The position numbers and the translations under genes are program-made. A stretch of 59,547 nt of DNA, counting the filler, from Sphacelaria rigidula (lineage: Eukaryota): assembly GCA_964200075.2 (NCBI GenBank). It is 4 parts of 4 records of this genome, joined end to end, with 100 filler letters (N's around TTAATTAATTAA, not from the genome) between each part and the next. Parts side by side here need not be neighbours in the genome. Positions count along the whole stretch, not along the records: positions 1 to 14,816 come from CAXNAA020002032.1; 3 more parts are not named here. The stretch is one strand, 5' to 3'. Each line of letters begins with the position of its first letter. Within the stretch, counting starts at the first letter, position 1. The notes beneath the pieces are model-generated. The model saw only the letters and a program-made list of their open reading frames with translations, had not been told where the DNA came from and searched no databases. Positions 1 through 10,026 of the stretch are shown here, one piece after another.

Positions 1-1174
1 CACTGTTTCGTTTAGACGCCGGACACGTCATTCCTGACCAGTCTCATTGGTCGTTCTGGAGGCCTGGTCCCAAAAGGGTTAACACGAACGACGTGGTATC
101 AGTGACGATAACAATCCTTTGTGGCGAACACTGTCGGCTTCGGCTTGTCCCAATCCTGCTTAAAGCATCTGATCTTAGTGTTGGCTGCCAAAAAAAACGT
201 TTCTACTTGTTGGGGTTTACTCGAGCTGTCCTGTTTCAGCAGTCATATTGCAGTTTAAAACTCGGTTCTAGCGTGGGTGATCTTCAACCTCACGACACTC
301 ACAACCATGATATTTCCACTGGTGCGAGGCTTACGGGCGGGCACGGATGTCGCACATCCTCAACCGTAAATAGGCTGCGCGGTATCGTTCGACATGATGC
401 ATGTGCGTCGTGCTACTACGCTGTACGTGACCATTTCAAGTCAATATTCCCAAGCACTTGAAAGCCTCTTGCTACCTGCTGGGGATGTTGTACCTTCCAG
501 CTGCGTATTCTTGCCGCTAGGTACATCCGTATGTCGAGAGGAAAACAATGGTTACACGAGCAGCGTATTGGCTGCGCTTCTCCTCATCCCACTCCCAAGA
601 GCTCGCAATGTCGAGGGATCAACCCATCTTTCCCCTGGTGCATGCCCAACATTTTGCTATCCTCGGTGAGATCAGCACTTCCATACCTTGTCGGCTGTCA
701 CCTATTCCCGAATACTCACGTCCTCACGCTTTGAAAGACGGAATTCAGATACATACAAGAAACCGTATCCACTAGGATTCCAAGCGCTTTCGCCCTGATC
801 GATCCAGCATGGAACGGTTGAATCACTGGGACGCGGCGGTGTTGCACATGACTGCAAATACACCTTTCTGCGCGGTGACGAGCCAAAAGCAGTCGCATAA
901 CCAGGACAAGATGCAGATAGCAAATGTACCATGCTTCGGAAACCAATGCTGGAGACGATCCGCCACCACACAAATGTCGAAAAGAACTACTCAGCGACCT
1001 CCGCCTCCCCAGTCACCATCCGAACAGAGCTGTACTTTCTCACCTGCAAACAAATAAACTAATATACACGACAAAAATTGGAGCGAAATCACGTCTCGCG
1101 CACCACAGATATGGCAAAACACTCTCTGTCGAAAAACAGCCGCGAAAAAGGCGTGCACGGGTCTTCCATTCAAT

Positions 1175-3241
1175 TTATCTCTTTCGCAGGCGGGATGAGG
1201 CCACGGACACGTGACGAGACGGGGCGGACACGTTCAGTTCAAACTTCACGTCAGTTCTGTCGTCTTCAGATATTTCATCATCCCCGGCTGCCACGTCAAG
1301 TACCGGCAGCACCTGGGCCGTCCGGCGAAGCCGCTTCGTGTTCCTCCCATTGGTGATGCTACTGCTTCTGGTAGTCTTTGTGGAGCCGCTCATGCTGTCA
1401 CAACTGCTGGATCGCGCAGTAACTCGTTTGCTAGTTCGTATCCCCATGAAAACTCGCGTAGGCGCAACAGTCGTTTCCATTTTGATTTTCATGCGCATCT
1501 CTGACCCCCCCAGAGTCACCCTATCTGCTGCCACCGCGCCGGGGGGCTGTCTCGAAGGGGAAGGCAATTCGGTCGTGGAATTTGCACCCCGTCGCCTAAC
1601 ACGGATGACACGCGAGCTGGCACGAGACTCAGCGTCACGGCCACCATCTTCAGTGTTGGGACCGCCATTCGGCGGATCGCCAATATTTCTACCTCCATCA
1701 TCGATACCGACACCAGTCTCTCCCACGACCAAGCCATCACTCGCTGAGCTTTTTTCTCGGATATGTCCTGTGGGATCAGACCCTCTGGCCAAACCATATG
1801 GAGCATAATGGTTGATAATTGGGTCCTCCCGAACCAGGTTAAAATGATGCAGCGAGGCGCATTCATCACCGTTTATGAAGGCTATCCCTGCGCTGGCGTG
1901 TGCGGCGTGAAAATCCGCATCTTTGCCACCGACTGCACCGGGTGATCGTCGGGTGGAGCAGCCCTCTCTGCCGCATTGCCGTCGTACCACATCGACCATG
2001 CCTGGACGGGTGTGTGGGGGGCAGAACTCCGCTTTCTCGCGACCGGCTGTACCGAATGACGGTGCTGCGGAGCAGCCCTCCTTCCTACACCGCCTTCGTG
2101 CCACGTCGACCGTGCCCGCTCGGGCGTGTGCGGCGCAGAACTCAACCTTGCTGAATGTTCCTGCATCAACCGATGACTGGTTCGAGTGGCCGTCCTTGCC
2201 GCGCTGCTCGTTTCTCACGTGAGCCACACCTGCTCGAGCATGTCTAGCGCAGAACCCCGCCTTCCTGCTACCGGCTGCACTGAACGATGCTCTTGCAGAG
2301 CAGCCCTCCTCACTGCACCACTTGCGTACCACGTCGACCATGCCCGCTCGGGCGTGTGTAGCGCAGAACTTCGCCTTCCCGCTACCGGCTGCACCGAACG
2401 AGGGTTGTGTGGTGCAGCCCTCCTCGCTGCGCCGCTTGCTTACCACATCGACCATGCCCGCTCGGGTGTGTGCGGCGCAAAACTCCGCATTCCTGCTACC
2501 GGCTGTACCGAACGATGGGTATTTGGAGCAGCCCTCCTCGCCAAACCGCCTGGTTATCACATCGACCATGCCCGCACGGGCGTGTTTCGCACAGAACTCC
2601 GCTTTTTTGCTACCGGTTGCACCGAACGATGGATATGTGGAGCAGCCCTCCTCGCCGCAGCGCTTGTTCTTCACATTGACCATGCCCGCTCGGGCGTGTG
2701 CGGCGCAAAACGCCCTCTTCCTGCTGCCGGCTTCACCGAACGACGGGTGTTTGGAGCAGCCCTTCTCGCCACACCCCTTGGTCATCACATCCACCATGCC
2801 CGCTCGGGCGTGTGCGGCGCAGTACTTCGTGTTCCCGCTACCCGCTGCACCGAACGATGGTCGAGTGGAGCAGCCCTCCTCACTGAACTGCTTGTTCCTC
2901 ACATTCACCATGCCTGCTCGGGCGTGTGCGGCGCGAAACTCCGTCTTCCTGCTGCCGGCTTCACCGAATGATGGTTTTATGGAGCAGCCCTCCTCGCCGC
3001 TCGGCTTGTTCCTCACATCGACCATGCCCGCTCGGGCATGTGCGGCGCAGAAGTCCGCCTTGGTGCTACCGGCTGCACCGAACGTTGGTCTCGTGGAGCA
3101 GCCCTCCTTGCTGCACCGCTTGCTCGTCACATCGACCATGCCTGCTGGGGCGTGTGCGGCACAGAACTCCGCCTTCCTGTTACCATCTATGCCATATGAT
3201 GCCCTCATGGTGCAACTCGTGTGGGTGCACAACCTAGGCAT
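1175..3241 (-). CDS. EsV-1-7 cysteine-rich repeat protein (intronless, ~688 aa, 12 repeats plus low-complexity C-terminal tail)
   Basis: ORF 1175..3475(-) contains tandem 38-aa units MVDVxxKxCxxEGCSxxPSFGxAGSxKxxFCAAHARAG (C-x4-C-x16-C-x2-H), matching the EsV-1-7 motif of brown algae and Ectocarpus siliculosus virus (IMM family). The probable start is the ATG at 3241 (MPRLCTHTSC), directly at repeat 1. The tail has basic clusters (RVIRVRRR, RLRKR) and psi-K-x-E motifs (IKME, VKFE). Confidence 0.88.
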   Translation of the reverse strand: MPRLCTHTSCTMRASYGIDGNRKAEFCAAHAPAGMVDVTSKRCSKEGCSTRPTFGAAGSTKADFCAAHARAGMVDVRNKPSGEEGCSIKPSFGEAGSRKTEFRAAHARAGMVNVRNKQFSEEGCSTRPSFGAAGSGNTKYCAAHARAGMVDVMTKGCGEKGCSKHPSFGEAGSRKRAFCAAHARAGMVNVKNKRCGEEGCSTYPSFGATGSKKAEFCAKHARAGMVDVITRRFGEEGCSKYPSFGTAGSRNAEFCAAHTRAGMVDVVSKRRSEEGCTTQPSFGAAGSGKAKFCATHARAGMVDVVRKWCSEEGCSARASFSAAGSRKAGFCARHARAGVAHVRNEQRGKDGHSNQSSVDAGTFSKVEFCAAHARAGTVDVARRRCRKEGCSAAPSFGTAGREKAEFCPPHTRPGMVDVVRRQCGREGCSTRRSPGAVGGKDADFHAAHASAGIAFINGDECASLHHFNLVREDPIINHYAPYGLARGSDPTGHIREKSSASDGLVVGETGVGIDDGGRNIGDPPNGGPNTEDGGRDAESRASSRVIRVRRRGANSTTELPSPSRQPPGAVAADRVTLGGSEMRMKIKMETTVAPTRVFMGIRTSKRVTARSSSCDSMSGSTKTTRSSSITNGRNTKRLRRTAQVLPVLDVAAGDDEISEDDRTDVKFELNVSAPSRHVSVASSRLRKR
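1886..3241 (-). repeat. Coding tandem array of 114-bp units (EsV-1-7 repeats: one 34-aa unit plus 11 x 38 aa)
   Basis: On the + strand the motifs 'accatgcccgctcgggcgtgtgcggcgca' and 'gagcagccctcctc' recur at 114-bp period. Confidence 0.95.
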
Positions 3242-3622
3242 CCCCTTCACCACTGCACCAGAGAAGGTACAAAGCCGCGGTCGTCCCTTTCGTGCTTCTT
3301 CTGCTGCGATCCGCACTGTCACAAACCCCTTCCCGAAGACCAGCTGGCCAGTCCAGCAGCACCCTGCACCAACCAGCAAAGGTAACGTTAGGCCGTGCCC
3401 GTGCGAAAGACAGGTGAACCTCATCATTGTATGTCGGTCGCATATGGGCACGTGGGCCAGAGTGAAGTGACACATCAGCCGTGGAGTTAACAGGCGACAG
3501 AGAAAGGGCTGCTATAGTAGGGTCATCATGGTGGGGGGGGGGGGGGGGGCGCCAACAAGAAGAGCAGCAGGTGGACGGTTNNNNNNNNNNGGAGAAAGAG
3601 GGGGCGAAGGAGGGGGGGGGGT

Positions 3623-3658
<36 letters not shown>

Positions 3659-6213
3659 CTTCCAACAAGAAGCGTAGTCTCTGTACGTATTTTCGCAGCG
3701 TGGCGGCACGGCTCGAGCAAAGGAAGGGGTGTCGAAGGCCGGGGATGCACAGGAATCTACAGTGTCGAGGTCGCTAGTATAGGTTCTTCATCAATCTGAT
3801 TTGCGTTACACACGACGGGCATGCGATCATTCTGTTTTGTGCACCTCGAATCCGGGGTTCCCCAGCTGGATGAACCACCAGTTTATGTAAGTAACACTCC
3901 TCAGCAAATAAACGGTTGATGCCGAAAGCCTGTACCAGGCGGATGGTGATGTGGAGAGGGGCAGCACACGCCGATCCATCACGTTTTCAGCGTACTGTCA
4001 TGTGCTGTTGCGAGACACCACCTTATCCCCTGTGGGTACGCAAAGGGGACTCTACGCTAGGAATTTGTTTTTTCCTTGATGGAAGGAGGAAACCCACCCA
4101 GACACTTACCCCACAAGAGATCGCAGGCGATCGCTAGCGAGTTCGTGTGCCGATTATTTGAACGCTCGGCTGACCACCTCGCGCAAGCATGTGGGAAAGG
4201 AGCCTCGAGCGGTGGCTCAAGGCAGTGTAGGGGATGCTTCCACCAAGCTTCCCTGTCAACTTGGCAGTACACGCACCGCCCTGCTCTCAAGAGCTTCGGC
4301 CCTAGGTCACGCTAGGTGTGGCGGCGGTGGCCACTGGCAGGGCAATTGGGCATACTAATGCACACGCCATACGGCACTAGTCAGGCGGCATGATGACCGC
4401 CAGCTGTGCCTACAACAATCGCTCCTGCCACCACCTGCTGAAACAAGACACACCTTCGAACTAGGAAGGATCTTGGAAACGCACCCCTCTCAGAAAATGG
4501 TGTTACTCCGTTGATGCCCCCCTTGCCTGGAGCGTATAATGACTGATACCTGCAACTCATTCACTGGGTGTGATGAACGCAAAGGAGCTCGCGGATTGTT
4601 GGGCGTGGAAAACCTCTGATGCGTCACCTCGATATAGCAACAAGCACTCTTGCACATACTCTCACCAACCGACTTCCTGCGGAACAAGCCCTTGGCGCGA
4701 CACGAGACAGGGCTTACGGATGGGCCATGCAGTGAACGTGCGGAGGTGTGGATCTCCAGGGACTCGAATAGCCGTGGTCCGTGCGTCGAATTTCCGCGTA
4801 ATGCAGTTTGGCAGCACAGGGCTTGGAGTAATTGGCACTCACGCTGCTCTGGCCGGACAGGTTTTGTGTGTGTGCATACGCAAGGCACAACCGACCTGCT
4901 CGTGGTTCGTCGCTCCGGATGCAATACCATAGCGTGCCGTAATGTTTCAAAGGCGGAAGTTGGTAGGTAACCCGCATCCGGAAAATGCGGACTATCGGTG
5001 CCCCCCATACCTGGGGTACAGCTGGAGTGACGCTTAGTGCAGTGAAACGTGACTCGAAGATGAGTGCGCAGAGTTGCAAGTGCAGGAACAGGCCGTGGGA
5101 GAGGTAATCCGTTACAAGAAAAAAACGAACTCAACAGTATTTCGCCGCTACTGAGACTCCTATAGAGTAAGACGAAACGGGTGTGCTGAAAAGGGCGCGT
5201 GTCGTAAAATTTCGAGAACGAAGCGATCATCAAATCGATTTACGTGTAGGAACCGACATGACAACATGATGATTTGAGCTGCTTTGGGGGACACGCACAC
5301 GAAAGCTGTTCCCTTGAGAAAGGAGGGACAGGCGTGAACAACAGGCGGAGAACAAGTGTACGCGTGAGGACGGACCTCCAGGAACAGCTGCAGAAACACG
5401 CAAAAACCAACGTAATGACACAAACGGCCCACATAGCAGATTCCACGACAAATGATAATGGTGCTACAAGTTTTCAGCCGGTGGCTGAAGTGAGCCTTGG
5501 AGTGGAAGTTCAACCAAGATAAGACGAACCGAGCGAAGCTTTCTTTGCCCGGAATGTGTTCCGCAGTATGATCAATGTTTCCTTGGTTTACGCCCAAACA
5601 TGCAAAATCTAAAAATATTACCATACCGCGAAAACGGACATTTGTACGCCCCGTTCACAGTTGAAACCGCATCGCGAATCTTTGTTGTCTTATCGTGCCG
5701 TATCTTGCCGTATTGGAAAAGAGTTCAGGCGTACCACGTAATACCGTGCCGCGACAGTAGCAGATACCGTTCAAAAACGGGGTCCCACAATAAACTCACC
5801 ATAGCAAATCCGCGGCGATTGTACCATGTGTGGCTCAATGTGCGAATTGCTCCATTTCTCGCAGTAATATTTGTTTTCTTGAGGGTCCTTGTAATTGAGG
5901 CCGCTTCCTTCAATGCGACGACCAAGCATGGGTCGGCCAGTGACAGTCTTCCAAGAACAGCACTTTTAGAAACCGTTTTGAACATATCTGGAAACAAATT
6001 GGCGCGTACGCCCACCCATGGGGATACTTGAAATTGACAACTTGGTGTGCGAAACAGCGGCCGCTGTACTGTCCGTCATCCGTAGCCATGTACTGCTCTG
6101 TCCCAGCTGCACGGCAGCACTGCATGTACCCTGCAGTACGCTGCTGCCGTTGTGCCGCATGCACATACTGAACAACTGTGTGCCACACCTGTGGGTACTG
6201 GATGTACAGTTGG

Positions 6214-6974
6214 CCCCTTCCGCGATTGAGTGCACCCAAGTTCGGGTTGAAAAAGTTGTCGAACCGACTAAGTTCCAAATATTTCATCGTAGGCTATCAC
6301 GGGTACGTAAAATCCAAATCCGTCCTCAGAATTTTGATCCAAGGTCGAGAAGATGGTTTTCGTCAATTTTACCTAGGAATTAGTATAGGGGCACGCGAGT
6401 GGTACGAGGAAATACAGGCCACGCCCCCCCCCCGCAGATTTCCGGATTACTTGGAGTTTTGACTGAAATGGGTTTGCTCCACACAACGTGTTGGCGGGAC
6501 AGGCAAAGGCTAAAATCGCGATAACTACCAGGCTCTACCCATTGAACCCGAATGCCGCTTTGTAGAAGGTGAAAATCGACGGCCCCGTGTGCCTAAAGCG
6601 CTCTTTAATTGCCAGGAAAAGCGGTGGAATTTCAAAAATTATTTGACTTTTGGGTGCCACGTCTCAGCAGCGAGCACAACCCGCAGCACGTGGGGAACTC
6701 GTCCGATGGCCCCAGCAGTTGGGTCCTCTGTGCGTACTTCGACCAAGCGGAATCGATTGCCAGGGTGTAAAACGTTTGAATCGATGTCCTTGCTGCCGAA
6801 CTGGGTTTTGCCATGCAGTTTACCTTTAAATTCGTGTACAGCTGTTCAAGTTTCCATATTTTACATCGTGGGAATCGGTTCCTGTCGCCGAGTCGGTTCT
6901 CGAATCGTTTCTTGTTTTTCTTACGACGCCAAACTTGGCGTCCCACAGAAAAGCACGGTCAATCGCGGAAGGGG
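6214..6974. mobile_element. Non-autonomous DNA element with 16-bp perfect TIR (CCC-ended, piggyBac-like)
   Basis: ccccttccgcgattga at 6214-6229 and its exact reverse complement tcaatcgcggaagggg at 6959-6974. The flanks (ttgg/tcag) are not a clean TTAA, so the superfamily is uncertain. Confidence 0.55.
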
Positions 6975-7996
6975 TCAGTTACACAGCGGCACGGGCTGAA
7001 TGTAACGCTGCTGCATCGTACACTGTGCTGTCTGTTTTCGACGTGAGCCACCGTATCTTCGCGTGTGTACCGTCTGCACCGCTGGCCGCACCGCTTGATG
7101 GGGGCGTTTTTGTGATCCCCTGGGTCGACAAACTTCAATTTCTCCGATAACAGTCGTTTTTCTCAACGAAGTGGGGGCGCAAAGCATCTACTGGGGGCAA
7201 TCCCCATTCGGAGACGTCATTTCGTTCTCTGAAACTTCACATAAAAAACGCTCTAGCAACGTCTGAATCAATCACCGAAAACACGTTTTTCAGACGAATG
7301 TTTTTGAATAGGAAGGAGCGGATCCGGAAGCGGTTGTTCAATAATAGTGTGTGCGCGTGTTTCGTCCTCATATGTGACCACGGGTCTCAGCAAAGGATAT
7401 TCAAGTATCGAGTGAAGAGAAAACCAAATGTGTAAGAAAAATCGCCAACGTTCAAGGGGAAATAGTTGGCGACGTGGTGGAGCTTTTGGTTTGTAACTGG
7501 TTAAAACCGTTTTCTCGTGTGATGGAGAGGAGAGGATACGATTGAAAGTGAGAAGCGGGCAACTAATTAATGAGTAATTTCAGTTCCGAACTGTCCCTCC
7601 ACGAGGCCCGATAAGGCTCCTGCAGTACGAGCTGGGCCAGCCTAAAAACGGAGTTAACCTGTCAGAGCAATATCTCATCACCAGAAACGAATTAGGCCGT
7701 GAACCGCATATCAATTTCATCGTCTCAACAAGGAGCGGATGCCCATATGCTCTCCAGCGTGGGCCCACGCCTTTCCTTTGATTCCTACCATCCTACACTG
7801 AAGTTAAGTCGCTTGCGAGTAGCGTTGAAAAAACAAAAACGCATCTGAAACCGTCGGATGCTGTGTTGTGCCGACAAAATGCGGTGGAATTAGAGAATTG
7901 AGGCACGAGTGGCCACGTCCGCCACTTGTGCCGGTGGTAGCGATGGACATGAATAACGAAAACACGCCACCCAGCTCTTCCGCGAGCGGACACCTA

Positions 7997-9680
7997 TGGT
8001 CGAAGACTTCTGCACCCACTGTTCATATAGAGGAAGTCTAGTAAGTATCGTCTGTCGCTGAGGTTCACACCAGGAGAGGGCGAAAGGCCCGAGTGGAAGA
8101 AATCTCCCCGTTTCGAAACACGGCAGCTGGCGGAAGCAACTGCCGAGGGGTGGAGGTTAAACTGGGAGGAAGGGAGGAGGGGTCGACCCACTAGTGGCAA
8201 CTTGCCAAGAGCGATCAGGAGCTCAGGTCATGTGCAATCTGTCGTTCCCTTGGGTGAGTTCTTCGAGGCTGTGGTTTGTTACTCGTACTGATTTTTGTTG
8301 CTGCTGTAGTCTGTACTGCACAATTGACGGTAGAACCCACCCCTCCGTGGCAGCGGTCGTGGTCGGACCAAATCTTGACGCCTGAGGTTATGTTCAATAG
8401 GTAATGTCAATCGTTGTTAGCGGAACATCCCTTGTGTGGTATGCAGTGCGCAGCGCATGCCGCTTCACTTCCGTTTGAAGTTACGTTCGAGACGGTGTCC
8501 GTCAGCAACTACCATGCAGATATGTTCACATCGAGGGTGGTAATGCACGTAGGGCACTTTCTGGTCGTTTAGCCGCACGCTTCGTCTGCCTTTTGCACTT
8601 CGCGAATGCATAAGAGTCGTGCTTTCACGAGTGTCACTGCTTGTGCTGTTGCGCAGCGCCATCTGTCGGGGTGCAACTGCTGCTGTTGCTGCTGCTCCTT
8701 GCTGCCGATGAAATATGACGCAAGATATCACTCTTCCGAATATGACATGTCGGGTCTCAAACAAATCACAAAGATAGTGTGCACATGTAGTGGTGCGGAT
8801 TCGTGGTTCATTTGTCACGCCGAAGGATGGGGTTTGGAATGGACGGGATGGCTGCTGTTCTCCTGCACATTGAACTAACAGAACTGTAACCCACGACGAC
8901 GAAATCCAATTCACTTGTCACATTCCATAGGGGAATCGATCAACAGCAACAACGCCCCTCGAGTAAACACATTGGGCTCCAAAAAGGAAAATAGGCAACC
9001 CAGTTGTCCGGTGGCGGAACGGGAGTGGAAGAAGACTTGTACACCTCGTGTGACAGAGGAGAAGCCCAGAGGGATGTTTCGTTTAATCCTTGTGTACACG
9101 CCTGCGAGAGGGAAGAAGGTTCAGTGGAAGTTATCGCAGCGGTTTGTTACACGTGACGAGGCCGACGCAGCGGCTGAGGAGTGGAGGTTGAGTTGGGAAG
9201 AGAAGAGGAGGGGTTTCCCCACTGATGATCGCTCGCCAGAGGTAGCGACGATATCCCATTTTAAGGAACCTGCGATTCCCCGAGGCGAGTCATCACAGGT
9301 CGTGCGTATGTTGTGACTGCTGCGCGTGCTGTTGCTGCTTCCTGGAGGTTTGACGCAATGCCATAATGCACACTCTCCATAATGACGTTCGGGTACGGCA
9401 AGTGTATTCGCCCAACGTGATGTTCTGCAGATGACATCGTTCATTGTGCGCGCACGCTGCGTTGCAGGGCGTGCACCATCCTGTCTATGCGGTTAAGGAC
9501 TGTCTTGCTGCTCTTAGAGCCACAGTCTGTCCCACTCTTGTGGCTGGTGTCCCTCGTTCACAACTTTACTCAAAGGCCCGGTGTTACATGTGCGCCGACA
9601 CACTTCGGTGACCCTGTTGTGTAACCCACCGCGGCGAAATCCAATCGCTCGCCACAATCCACAGGGAAATCACTTAAACG
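7997..9680 (+). repeat. Diverged tandem duplication encoding two copies of a ~65-aa module upstream of the transposase
   Basis: 7997-8192 translates (with one frameshift) as WSKTSAPTVHIE/KSSKYRLSLRFTPGEGERPEWKKSPRFETRQLAEATAEGWRLNWEEGRRGRPT. 9026-9223 translates as WKKTCTPRVTEEKPRGMFRLILVYTPARGKKVQWKLSQRFVTRDEADAAAEEWRLSWEEKRRGFPT. The downstream block gtaacccac..cgaaatccaat is also duplicated (~8886 and ~9621). Confidence 0.75.
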
Positions 9681-10026
9681 CCTCACCCATCTCAAATCCG
9701 TCGATGAGCGAAGACTTAAGCGGCTACGCCTGGAAGGCCACCAAATTACCCGCACGGATTTCGCCACGTCGTCGACGCTTTTCCAGCCGAGAGCGAAGAT
9801 GCGTGGAACGGGGTTGGCGGAGGAGGTATGAAAGGATTTCTGGCAGATTCAGCAGGCGTGCTTCCTACCTTGGTCCACGTATCGCGGGGCTGAAGACGAA
9901 GAATAAATACCTCGATTCATTAATCTAGCGCCTTGGGGCGCATCTGTTCCCACGTCAACATATGCTACTCCTGCCCGACGAGGACGTGTACCCACAAGTT
10001 CAAATGCAGCAGAGCTGGGGCGCAGC

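Noticed and set aside
2186-3470. Long + strand ORFs (382 aa and 261 aa) with repeats
   Set aside because: They are antisense shadows of the GC-rich EsV-1-7 repeat array. The minus frame has the recognised motif.
3242-3475. 78-aa N-terminal extension of the EsV-1-7 ORF
   Set aside because: It begins at a non-ATG codon and has no motif. The ATG at 3241 coincides with the first repeat.
3528-3660. Poly-G tracts, poly-Pro/Gly ORFs and a possible G-quadruplex
   Set aside because: Homopolymer region around a 10-N gap, so lengths are unreliable and the ORFs are artefacts.
3800-5600. Several 100-250 aa ORFs, checked for Fanzor/TnpB, reverse transcriptase or viral remnants
   Set aside because: No RuvC, zinc-ribbon, RT or other recognisable motif in the frames examined.
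7626-7650. tacgagctgggccagc as a left TIR of the transposase element
   Set aside because: No matching inverted copy was found downstream of the transposase in this contig.
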